A DNA stretch of 64,000 nucleotides from an uncultured virus (IMG/VR IMGVR_UViG_3300042319_002819) (taxonomy: Duplodnaviria; Heunggongvirae; Uroviricota; Caudoviricetes): IMG/VR virus record IMGVR_UViG_3300042319_002819, one strand, 5' to 3'. Shown here piece after piece: positions 56,792 to 64,000 of the stretch (within the stretch, counting starts at the first letter, position 1; every line of letters starts with the position of its first letter). The position numbers and the translations under genes are program-made. Below the pieces are notes generated by a model. That model ran no database searches. It had not been told where the DNA came from and saw nothing but the letters and a program-made list of their open reading frames with translations.

Positions 56792-57033
56792 TGTCAACAA
56801 TCAGTGCAAGAAGTGTAGAACCTCTCTACATCATAATAGTTCGCGAAAAAAACGGACAGCAACTTTTACAACAATGGGCCAAAACTCAATCTGTAAACGT
56901 GTCCATTGACACCAACCGCATGAAGGTGTTTGACGCCAGAGCCTTTCACTTGTTCCAACTCAATTGGGCACATAGTTGGGAAAATGTTACAATATGGGAC
57001 TGCTGGTTGCGTCGACACATTTACTCAAATTGA
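56791..57033 (+). CDS. hypothetical protein
   Basis: Coupled 80-aa ORF. Confidence 0.6.
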   Translation: MSTISARSVEPLYIIIVREKNGQQLLQQWAKTQSVNVSIDTNRMKVFDARAFHLFQLNWAHSWENVTIWDCWLRRHIYSN

Positions 57034-57078
57034 TTTAAAATAATTGACAGCCTGCGTTAATGACTGTATAATTAACGT

Positions 57079-57261
57079 ATGATAGTACATTATGCGTCTG
57101 CCAGCCAAGTTGTTGGCGATAACAATACTGAATCAGAATATCGATTAACAGGAAAAAAATTTCAGGTAATCGAATTTGATGCCAACACTTGTTCTTTGTT
57201 ACTAGAACAAGCCGAGGCTCAAGGGATAGAAGTAGTCATCATCAAGGAGAAATCAACATGA
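57079..57261 (+). CDS. hypothetical protein
   Basis: Follows TTGACA..TATAAT; no RBS. Confidence 0.45.
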   Translation: MIVHYASASQVVGDNNTESEYRLTGKKFQVIEFDANTCSLLLEQAEAQGIEVVIIKEKST

Positions 57262-57449
57262 CAACACAACACGAACAAATCGTCGCCGCCTACGAAACAT
57301 ACATTGCTGAAAACGCAAAGTTCAGCGAAAAAGGTGTCAAGGCCGCTGCCGCTCGTGCTCGCAAAGCATTGCAAGAAATGAGCAAGGGCATCAAAGAGCG
57401 TCGCAAAGAAATCACTGCTGAAAAAGAAGCATTGACTGTAGCCAAATAA
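57258..57449 (+). CDS. histone H1-like (Hc1-type) DNA-binding protein
   Basis: KF.EKG.KAAAARARKAL.E......E.RKEI. Confidence 0.8.
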   Translation: MTTQHEQIVAAYETYIAENAKFSEKGVKAAAARARKALQEMSKGIKERRKEITAEKEALTVAK

Positions 57450-57463
57450 TCAAAAACAGAGAC

Positions 57464-57955
57464 ATGCCAATTTCAACTATATCTATAGATGAGCTGGCTG
57501 GTATCAATAACCTCAACGATACCATGTCAACTGTTGACTTTTTAAGTTCGTCAAACACCGTTGATACAATCACGCTGACTTCGCCATCCTATAGTTTTTC
57601 AAATTCAACAATGAGTGGGGCAGTGTTGACCGCTGGCTCAAACGGTAGCAACACTATTTGGGGCACAGGCACATCAGGCTTGAATGGTACAAGTGCTGCC
57701 AAACTCAATCAACAAGGTATGTTGAGTTTAAAAGGTGACAAGGCTGACATTGACATCAATGGTGTGAGTCTAATGAAAACTTTGACCAGTATTCAAGAGC
57801 GACTCAACATATTAACACCTGCGCCTGAGCTTGAAAAAGATTGGGATCAGCTACGCGAGCTCGGAGAGCAATATAGAAAATTAGAGGCCGAGTTTGAAGA
57901 AAAAAGTAAGATGTGGAAAACACTAAAAGCCATGCCACCACCGGAGATAGAATGA
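57464..57955 (+). CDS. hypothetical protein
   Basis: Ser/Thr-rich N-terminus, ADIDING, coiled-coil C-terminus. Confidence 0.7.
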   Translation: MPISTISIDELAGINNLNDTMSTVDFLSSSNTVDTITLTSPSYSFSNSTMSGAVLTAGSNGSNTIWGTGTSGLNGTSAAKLNQQGMLSLKGDKADIDINGVSLMKTLTSIQERLNILTPAPELEKDWDQLRELGEQYRKLEAEFEEKSKMWKTLKAMPPPEIE

Positions 57956-58770
57956 CACCTAAACAACGAATCAAACACATAGTCAAGTGGACCAACACCT
58001 ATGCCAAGATTGCCAAAATTAACACTTTAGTGGTGGGAATTTCAGGCGGCATTGACAGCAGTGTGGTCAGTGCCTTGTGTGCAGAAACAGGTTTGAAGAC
58101 CATTGTGGTGCAGATGCCTATTCGTCAAAACAAAAAATTAGACAATCGCAGTTCAATGCAGGCCACTTGGTTGATGGAACGTTACAAAAACGTCACACAC
58201 ATAAGCATGGACTTGACCAAGGTGTTTGATGCATTTGAAAAAAATCTCATACCTTATTGCAGGGAAAATGAAGATGAACAAAGGGTTGACCTTGGCTTTG
58301 CTAATTCACGTGCTAGACTACGCATGATGACCCTGTACCAAATTGCACAAAGCCATGGTGGTATTGTGGTGGGCACAGGCAACCGGGTAGAAGACTTTGG
58401 TGTAGGCTTTTTTACCAAGTATGGCGACGGCGGTGTAGATATCAGCCCTATTGGTGACTGTATGAAAACTGCGGTATGGGACATGGGCAGAGAATTTGGC
58501 CTGCCACAAGAGATTATTGACGCACCTCCCACAGATGGATTGTGGTCAGATGATCGCACCGATGAAGACCAACTGGGTATGAGCTATCCAGATTTAGAAC
58601 GTGCTATGACCAATGATGAACATGATCGTCAGTGTGTGTATGAAACTTTGCCAATTGAGTTGGGCAAAGAAGAACGAGCACAGCTCAAGAAGTATCGAGC
58701 AATTCGAGCTAGAAACTTACACAAAATGTTGCCAATTCCAGTTTGCACAATGCCCAAGGACACCAAATGA
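57952..58770 (+). CDS. nadE: NH3-dependent NAD+ synthetase
   Basis: [47 protein letters not shown]. Confidence 0.93.
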   Translation: MTPKQRIKHIVKWTNTYAKIAKINTLVVGISGGIDSSVVSALCAETGLKTIVVQMPIRQNKKLDNRSSMQATWLMERYKNVTHISMDLTKVFDAFEKNLIPYCRENEDEQRVDLGFANSRARLRMMTLYQIAQSHGGIVVGTGNRVEDFGVGFFTKYGDGGVDISPIGDCMKTAVWDMGREFGLPQEIIDAPPTDGLWSDDRTDEDQLGMSYPDLERAMTNDEHDRQCVYETLPIELGKEERAQLKKYRAIRARNLHKMLPIPVCTMPKDTK

Positions 58771-59093
58771 CCCATGTGGTAACTGAATCTTGCATCAAAT
58801 GCCGGTACACTGATTGTGTGGATGTGTGCCCGGTGGACTGTTTCAAAGTAGGTCCTAACTTTTTGGTGATTGATCCAGATGAGTGCATTGACTGTGCAGT
58901 TTGTATTCCAGAATGTCCGGTCAATGCCATCTACGCCGAAGAAGATGTTCCACAAGATCAACTTGAATTTGTAATGTTAAATCGAGAATTGGCCAAGTCT
59001 TGGCCCACTATCTCAAAAAGAGTTGCTCCGATTGCTGATGCCGATGAATGGGCCAAAGTTGTTGTAAAAAAACAACACTTAGATCGTGGTTGA
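58767..59093 (+). CDS. fdxA: 7Fe ferredoxin
   Basis: [31 protein letters not shown]. Confidence 0.93.
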   Translation: MTHVVTESCIKCRYTDCVDVCPVDCFKVGPNFLVIDPDECIDCAVCIPECPVNAIYAEEDVPQDQLEFVMLNRELAKSWPTISKRVAPIADADEWAKVVVKKQHLDRG

Positions 59094-59118
59094 CTGATAA
59101 TACTACACCTGCTATAAT
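59060..59118 (+). promoter_or_regulatory. N8 palindrome plus sigma70 promoter inside the fdxA 3' end
   Basis: tgttg-taaaaaaa-caaca 59060; TTGACT-17-TATAAT. Confidence 0.8.
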
Positions 59119-59123
59119 ATAGC

Positions 59124-59354
59124 ATGTTTAAGAATTCTACAGGCCTTGCCGTTAAAACTCTGCGTCCCGGAGATGCTGATTTCACATTCTCGCCCGATGG
59201 CATTCAACTGGTGTCACGAGCGGCATTTGAGATCAGCAATAACTGTCCTGCTGAATACAAGAGTATCTTTATCACCGCCATCAACGCAGGTTGGCTCAAA
59301 CCCGTTGCCTACATGCTTGAAACCGAATATACCATGGAGTTACTGCGCAAATGA
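59124..59354 (+). CDS. hypothetical protein
   Basis: ATG 5 nt after TATAAT. Confidence 0.65.
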   Translation: MFKNSTGLAVKTLRPGDADFTFSPDGIQLVSRAAFEISNNCPAEYKSIFITAINAGWLKPVAYMLETEYTMELLRK

Positions 59355-59515
59355 TTGATGACAACGAAGTTGACGAGAAAGACATTGCCTACTCTGCGGA
59401 ATATGATGCCTACTACAATCAAAGAACCAACGAGTGGATCGACCACAAGTGCTGTGATCTCACCTGTGAGTTTTGTACAAAACGCCCTGCACGACCTTTG
59501 AAAGATCAATTATGA
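59351..59515 (+). CDS. small Cys-containing protein (54 aa, not in ORF track)
   Basis: YDAYY...NEWI..KCCDLTCEFC.KRP; ATGA-coupled both ends. Confidence 0.65.
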   Translation: MIDDNEVDEKDIAYSAEYDAYYNQRTNEWIDHKCCDLTCEFCTKRPARPLKDQL

Positions 59516-59913
59516 GCATGCATTTACATCACCCTGCACTTTCCTACAACGGCAAAAAACGCGGCAAGGTCAAGTTTCGCAATGCTGAAGAAGCACGTAA
59601 GGCACGTGAGCTTGACGCAAGCTGGAAAGAACTGCAAAAGAAGTGGGAAGTAGACGCAGAAGATAAAAAGCGTCGTCGAGCCATGAGCGCACCACCTTTG
59701 GCCGGCAACTATAGTTTGACCATCCCAGAAGGGCGTAGTACTAGACATATCCCAAGTCTTAACAATGGGGTGGATAATGGCAATGCTACTATGTCCCCTC
59801 CCAAGGTATATACTGGCACCAAGGTCAAAGGCATTGGTACCATGCACAAAAGCAATGCAGTTCCTATCTTCAGCGATGAGGAGGCCATTGCTATTTCTAA
59901 TATGAGACGATAA
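59512..59913 (+). CDS. conserved T4-like hypothetical protein
   Basis: YTGT.+KGIGTMHKSNAVPIF....A..IS.MRR. Confidence 0.8.
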   Translation: MSMHLHHPALSYNGKKRGKVKFRNAEEARKARELDASWKELQKKWEVDAEDKKRRRAMSAPPLAGNYSLTIPEGRSTRHIPSLNNGVDNGNATMSPPKVYTGTKVKGIGTMHKSNAVPIFSDEEAIAISNMRR

Positions 59914-60129
59914 ATGAACACAGAAGTAAAAACAGATGTCAGTGGCAAGTGGGTAGCAAGAGAAAATGTTGACGCCATTGTCAAAAGTACAGTGCAAGAA
60001 TGCATTGACATTCTAAACGATCAAAAAAATTACAATCGATGCATGTACACAACATCTGACTTGGATCGAGCCAAATGCGTAACTAGTGAGTTAATTAAAA
60101 CAATCAAACAACGATTTGAAATAAAATGA
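59914..60129 (+). CDS. hypothetical protein
   Basis: V.ECI motif similar to 53792 ORF. Confidence 0.6.
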   Translation: MNTEVKTDVSGKWVARENVDAIVKSTVQECIDILNDQKNYNRCMYTTSDLDRAKCVTSELIKTIKQRFEIK

Positions 60130-60971
60130 AAATTTACGTGACTAGTGATCTTCACCTTGAGTTTGGCGATTGCACAATCAAAAACGAGCACAACGCTGAC
60201 GTTTTAATCTTGGGTGGCGACATTATGTTGGCCCAGGATCTACACGACCATCCAGAAAGCTCGCACTTGCTTACTGGAGCAATGTTAGAAACTCTAGGCC
60301 CTAACCAAAAAAAAGCAGTTCGGTTCCGAGAGTTCTTGAGCAGATGTAGCTTTCAGTTTCCGCACGTGATCTATGTGGCCGGCAACCATGAGTTTTATCA
60401 TGGCAAGTGGCCCATTGGCTTGCAATACCTGCGAGATGAATGCGCCAAGTTTCCCAATGTTTACTTCATGGAAAACGATTGCCAGACCATTGACGACATT
60501 ACCTTTGTTGGATGTACGTTGTGGACTGACATGAACAAAGGTGATCCTTTAACACTTCATGCTGTGGCTGATATGATGAATGATTTTAAAATCATTCGCA
60601 ACAGTGATCTTGAGTTTGCAAAGTTGCGCCCGGCACATGTGGCTCAGGCACACAAGAAAAGTGTGGGGTATATTAGGTCAGTCATTGCAGAACAGCATGA
60701 CAAAAAATTTGTGGTTGTGGGACACATGTCGCCCAGTCGCATAAGCACTCATCCCAGGTACGCTGATCAAACTCTCATGAATGGGGCCTACAGCAGTAGC
60801 CTAGATGAGTTTATTTTAGATCATCCACAAATTAAACTTTGGACGCATGGACACACTCATGAAGATTTTGACTACATGATTGGATCAACTCGTGTTGTGT
60901 GTAATCCACGTGGTTATGTTAATTACGAAGAACGTGCCGACACATGGACACCAAAACTAGTAGAAATCTAA
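60126..60971 (+). CDS. calcineurin-like metallophosphoesterase
   Basis: SDLHLE, GGD, AGNHEFY, HGHTH, CNPRGY. Confidence 0.9.
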   Translation: MKIYVTSDLHLEFGDCTIKNEHNADVLILGGDIMLAQDLHDHPESSHLLTGAMLETLGPNQKKAVRFREFLSRCSFQFPHVIYVAGNHEFYHGKWPIGLQYLRDECAKFPNVYFMENDCQTIDDITFVGCTLWTDMNKGDPLTLHAVADMMNDFKIIRNSDLEFAKLRPAHVAQAHKKSVGYIRSVIAEQHDKKFVVVGHMSPSRISTHPRYADQTLMNGAYSSSLDEFILDHPQIKLWTHGHTHEDFDYMIGSTRVVCNPRGYVNYEERADTWTPKLVEI

Positions 60972-61165
60972 TATTCCAGTATCCAGTTAAATTGACCTGG
61001 GAAAGAAACCCCAAGTGGAATGAAATTTGCGCTTGGGGGATTGAACATTTTGGCTTGCCAGGCCATCAATACACAACTGAAGTTTGTGAAGAATACATGT
61101 GCTGGAACTTTGCCAGCGCACAAGATCAACTTTTATTTGTAACAGCATGGGGAAATGACCAATGA
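60944..61165 (+). CDS. hypothetical protein (F...D..LF...W family)
   Basis: CAW..EHFGLPG ... F....DQLLF...W. Confidence 0.6.
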   Translation: MDTKTSRNLIFQYPVKLTWERNPKWNEICAWGIEHFGLPGHQYTTEVCEEYMCWNFASAQDQLLFVTAWGNDQ

Positions 61166-61515
61166 ACTTTGAAGAAACCGCAATGTGGCAACGCCTAAGC
61201 AACGGTGATGCCAACTATTATACCAAAGCCGCAGAATCAGAACGCACAGCATTTCGTGTTTGGCTCAAAGGCCTGCTACAAGAACAACGAATCACTGTGG
61301 AATTTGAAAAAGCTGATGGTACTACACGGGCCATGGTTTGTACCTTGAGTGAAGAAAACGGTGCTAAGTATGTAGTTAATGAGACCAAAGGAGATGCTGC
61401 CACACCCAAGAAGAAACCCAACGATGATGTGTGCGCAGTCTGGGACTGTACGCAAAACGCATGGCGAAGTTTTCGTTGGGATAGACTAAAGAGGATTGAA
61501 TTTTCAATTGAGTAA
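61162..61515 (+). CDS. WYL-like/SH3 beta-barrel phage protein
   Basis: VEF.KADGT.R.M.CTL ... VWD....AWRSFR. Confidence 0.8.
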   Translation: MNFEETAMWQRLSNGDANYYTKAAESERTAFRVWLKGLLQEQRITVEFEKADGTTRAMVCTLSEENGAKYVVNETKGDAATPKKKPNDDVCAVWDCTQNAWRSFRWDRLKRIEFSIE

Positions 61516-61726
61516 AGAAGAAGGTTTAAGGGTTGAGGGCACAGTATTTGACATCTTGCCCAATGCCACGTTTCGTGTAAAAGTTGATGTTCTTGGAACA
61601 TCAGTACTGGGAGTGATTTCAGGCAAGATGAGGAAAAACAACATTCGCATTTTGCTGGGTGATCGAGTAGAAATGGAATTCAGCCCCTATGATCTCACTC
61701 GCGGCCGAATTGTTCGTAGAAAATAA
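61508..61726 (+). CDS. infA: translation initiation factor IF-1
   Basis: [39 protein letters not shown] start. Confidence 0.93.
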   Translation: MSKEEGLRVEGTVFDILPNATFRVKVDVLGTSVLGVISGKMRKNNIRILLGDRVEMEFSPYDLTRGRIVRRK

Positions 61727-63136
61727 ATGTCAACTTGGCAAGAGTTTTATCAACAGATCCGAGATCCCAGTTGGCCAGACTGTGTTGCCGAAGAAGATTT
61801 TATCACATTACCCAACCATATACAACAAGAATGCCAACAGCAGTTTGGATATGTGCCCGGGCAATTTCGAAAAACATCCAAGCTGACACAACGAGTATTC
61901 CCCATACACACAGCGACTGCCTGTCAGTTAAAATGGAATTGGAGTACTTTGTATCTTACCACAGAAAAAACTGCCAGCTGTCATAGAACCAACCATCACT
62001 TGTTTGATGTTGGCGAATTTGATTTTCATAACACACCGTCCAAGTTAGAAGATCGATCACGCATGCTGGAAGGGCAGTGGCCCGAGAAAGGATGTGATTA
62101 CTGTCGTAACATCGAAGCAGCCAACGGACAAAGCGACAGAATCACCAATTTAGATTTTCCAGGCATGCATGCGCCACACGAGCTTGACGGAAATCCCCTA
62201 GCGGTTCGCGTTACTCCTAGAATATTAGAAGTTTACTTTGACAACACCTGCAACTTGAAGTGCCTGTATTGTGGTCCTTACTTCAGTAGTTTATGGGACG
62301 CTGAAAACAAAAAGCACGGTACCTTTCGAAAAAATGATTTGACAATATCTGCGGAATTTGTCAAGAGTGCCAATATTGACAACAACAAACAGCGATTGTT
62401 TGAATGGTTAAAAAAGAATTCACAGCACTTGACTGTGTTTAATATCTTGGGTGGCGAGCCGTTGTATCAAGACGAACTTGATCAATGTTTGGATTTGTTT
62501 GACAAATACCCGGCACCCGAACTCAAGCTACAAATTTTTACCAACCTAAATGCCAAGTTGTCTCGAGTGCAACACCTGGTAGAACGGGTACGGGAACTTA
62601 TCAACGCTGATAAATTGCGAGAATTTGAGATAACAGCCAGCTTGGACTGTTGGGGCGCACCACAGGAGTATGTACGCTATCCGTTAGATCTTCAAGTGTG
62701 GCAGGAAAATTTTGAATACCTATTAGAGCAAGACTTTATTAATCTAATTATAAGTTCCACAGTGACCCCACTGACTATAAAAACTCTGCCAGATTTACTG
62801 GCACGGATACAAATCTGGGGACAGCGCAGAAAAATATACCACTATCAAAATTCAGTTAACTCGCCATCTTACTTGGAAATTGATGTGTTTGGGAATATAT
62901 TCCGCAGTGATTTCCAACAAGCACTGGAGTTGAAACCTGTTGTGACTCCCGAAGAAATTTCCAGTCGTGACTATCTACTAGGTATAGCAAAACAATCAGT
63001 CAGTGGTGCCCCTAGAATTTCTGAAATACAAAAACTCTATGATTTTCTAACAGAAATAGATCGCAGAAGAAACACCAACTGGTTTGATGTTTTTCCATGG
63101 CTGCAATCAGAATTTGATAAGCACAATATAAAATAA
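61727..63136 (+). CDS. radical SAM enzyme with N-terminal WP.C module and twitch-like Cys region
   Basis: CNLKCLYC, GGEP, FTN, ASLD; N-terminus WQEFYQQIRDPSWPDC...DF..LP.HIQQEC. Confidence 0.88.
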   Translation: MSTWQEFYQQIRDPSWPDCVAEEDFITLPNHIQQECQQQFGYVPGQFRKTSKLTQRVFPIHTATACQLKWNWSTLYLTTEKTASCHRTNHHLFDVGEFDFHNTPSKLEDRSRMLEGQWPEKGCDYCRNIEAANGQSDRITNLDFPGMHAPHELDGNPLAVRVTPRILEVYFDNTCNLKCLYCGPYFSSLWDAENKKHGTFRKNDLTISAEFVKSANIDNNKQRLFEWLKKNSQHLTVFNILGGEPLYQDELDQCLDLFDKYPAPELKLQIFTNLNAKLSRVQHLVERVRELINADKLREFEITASLDCWGAPQEYVRYPLDLQVWQENFEYLLEQDFINLIISSTVTPLTIKTLPDLLARIQIWGQRRKIYHYQNSVNSPSYLEIDVFGNIFRSDFQQALELKPVVTPEEISSRDYLLGIAKQSVSGAPRISEIQKLYDFLTEIDRRRNTNWFDVFPWLQSEFDKHNIK

Positions 63137-63140
63137 ATAC

Positions 63141-63698
63141 ATGATGCATACAACAATACGTCAAGATCTTGAACTACTCGAAGCCAGCACACGCCCGGCC
63201 AAGCTGGAAACTACTCCGTTGCCCTACAGCGAAAAAGAGTTGGAACCTGTGATGAGCAGGGCCACTATTGACTATCATTTTGAGCATTTGGCCAAAGGCT
63301 ATGCCAAACGCTACAACGCAGGAGAAGGCAATGCGGATTTTAATCGTGCTGGCAGTTTTTTACACAACAAGTTTTTCCCTCAGCTTCGGGCTCCCAAAGG
63401 CGCCAACCGGCCACGAGGTGCAGTACTTGCGCTGATAGAAGAAAAATTTACAACCTGGGAAGATTTCAAAGAAGAATTCAAACAAGCCGCAATGAAGATC
63501 CAGGGTTCAGGTTGGGTGTATTTGAGCACCGGCGGTGATATTAAGACCATTGCCAACCATGCTGTTCGCACAGATATATGCGTACTTATTGATTGGTGGG
63601 AACATGCCTGGGCCTTGGATTACCAAGCAGACAAAGAACGATATCTTGACAACATTTGGAAAATTATCGATTGGGACGTTTGTAACGAACGCCTATAA
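63141..63698 (+). CDS. Fe/Mn superoxide dismutase (shortened, with N-terminal extension)
   Basis: LPY...LEP.MS..TIDYH, FN.AG..LH..FF, GSGW.YL, DWWEHA. Confidence 0.88.
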   Translation: MMHTTIRQDLELLEASTRPAKLETTPLPYSEKELEPVMSRATIDYHFEHLAKGYAKRYNAGEGNADFNRAGSFLHNKFFPQLRAPKGANRPRGAVLALIEEKFTTWEDFKEEFKQAAMKIQGSGWVYLSTGGDIKTIANHAVRTDICVLIDWWEHAWALDYQADKERYLDNIWKIIDWDVCNERL

Positions 63699-63710
63699 TA
63701 TAGGACTATT

Positions 63711-64000
63711 ATGACTTTAGACGACAGTGCAGTTACAAAATTACGAGACCTTCTTGCCGAAGAAAACAACCCAGCAGTGATGCTACGGGTTTTTGTTCAA
63801 GGTGGTGGCTGTAGCGGAATGAGCTACGGATTTACCTTTGACGAAGAAAAGAACGAAGATGATTTTGACTTTGTGTATGATGAAGTCAAGGTTGTAGTGG
63901 ACAGCATGAGCTTGCAATATCTACAAGGTGCCAAAATTCGATACAGCGAAGGTGTCATGGGTAGCAGTTTTGTGATAGATAACCCCAACGCAGAAACAAC
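63711..64000 (+). CDS. erpA: A-type Fe-S insertion protein ErpA-like (truncated by window edge)
   Basis: [21 protein letters not shown] ... [12 protein letters not shown] ... F.IDNPNA. Confidence 0.88.
   Translation, partial: MTLDDSAVTKLRDLLAEENNPAVMLRVFVQGGGCSGMSYGFTFDEEKNEDDFDFVYDEVKVVVDSMSLQYLQGAKIRYSEGVMGSSFVIDNPNAET

Noticed and set aside
1..64000. Bacterial chromosome origin or recoded genetic code
   Set aside because: Housekeeping-like genes are isolated from their normal operons and mixed with T4-like genes; standard code gives dense full-length ORFs using all three stops

Overview
This is a 64-kb segment of a large, gene-dense, T4-like (myovirus-type) dsDNA bacteriophage, not a cellular chromosome. 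Phage evidence: PAAR and virion-type proteins, nrdAB plus glutaredoxin, an ATP-dependent DNA ligase, T4-type TAAATA late-promoter motifs and arrays of short ORFs behind near-consensus sigma70 early promoters. The host-derived genes (iscU, iscA, erpA-like, fdxA, pstS with a Pho box, clpX/clpP/clpS, hsp20, trimeric porin, desA, nadE, infA, Fe/Mn SOD, uvsE, a phasin-like protein) suggest a betaproteobacterial (Burkholderiales-like) host; this is inference. Main observations: (1) a dispersed modification toolkit of five paralogous GT10-like proteins, a nucleotide-sugar dehydrogenase, a 2OG/cupin oxygenase, two amidinotransferases, two radical SAM enzymes and sulfotransferase-, methyltransferase- and PP-loop-like enzymes; (2) a ~40-aa module (Y..xD.[ST]WP.C...E.F..LP.HIQ.EC) shared by an amidinotransferase and a radical SAM enzyme; (3) a repeated palindrome TGTTG-N8-CAACA upstream of early promoters; (4) a second, PhaR-like palindrome fused to the late promoter in front of the phasin-like gene and a micro-ORF operon; (5) ROSE-like thermometer leaders on both hsp20 and the phasin-like gene; (6) a ~240-nt structured ncRNA candidate; (7) a virion protein fused to a subtilisin next to PAAR. 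I saw no tRNA, rRNA, CRISPR array, integrase or intron. All calls come from motif recognition by eye, without database searches.
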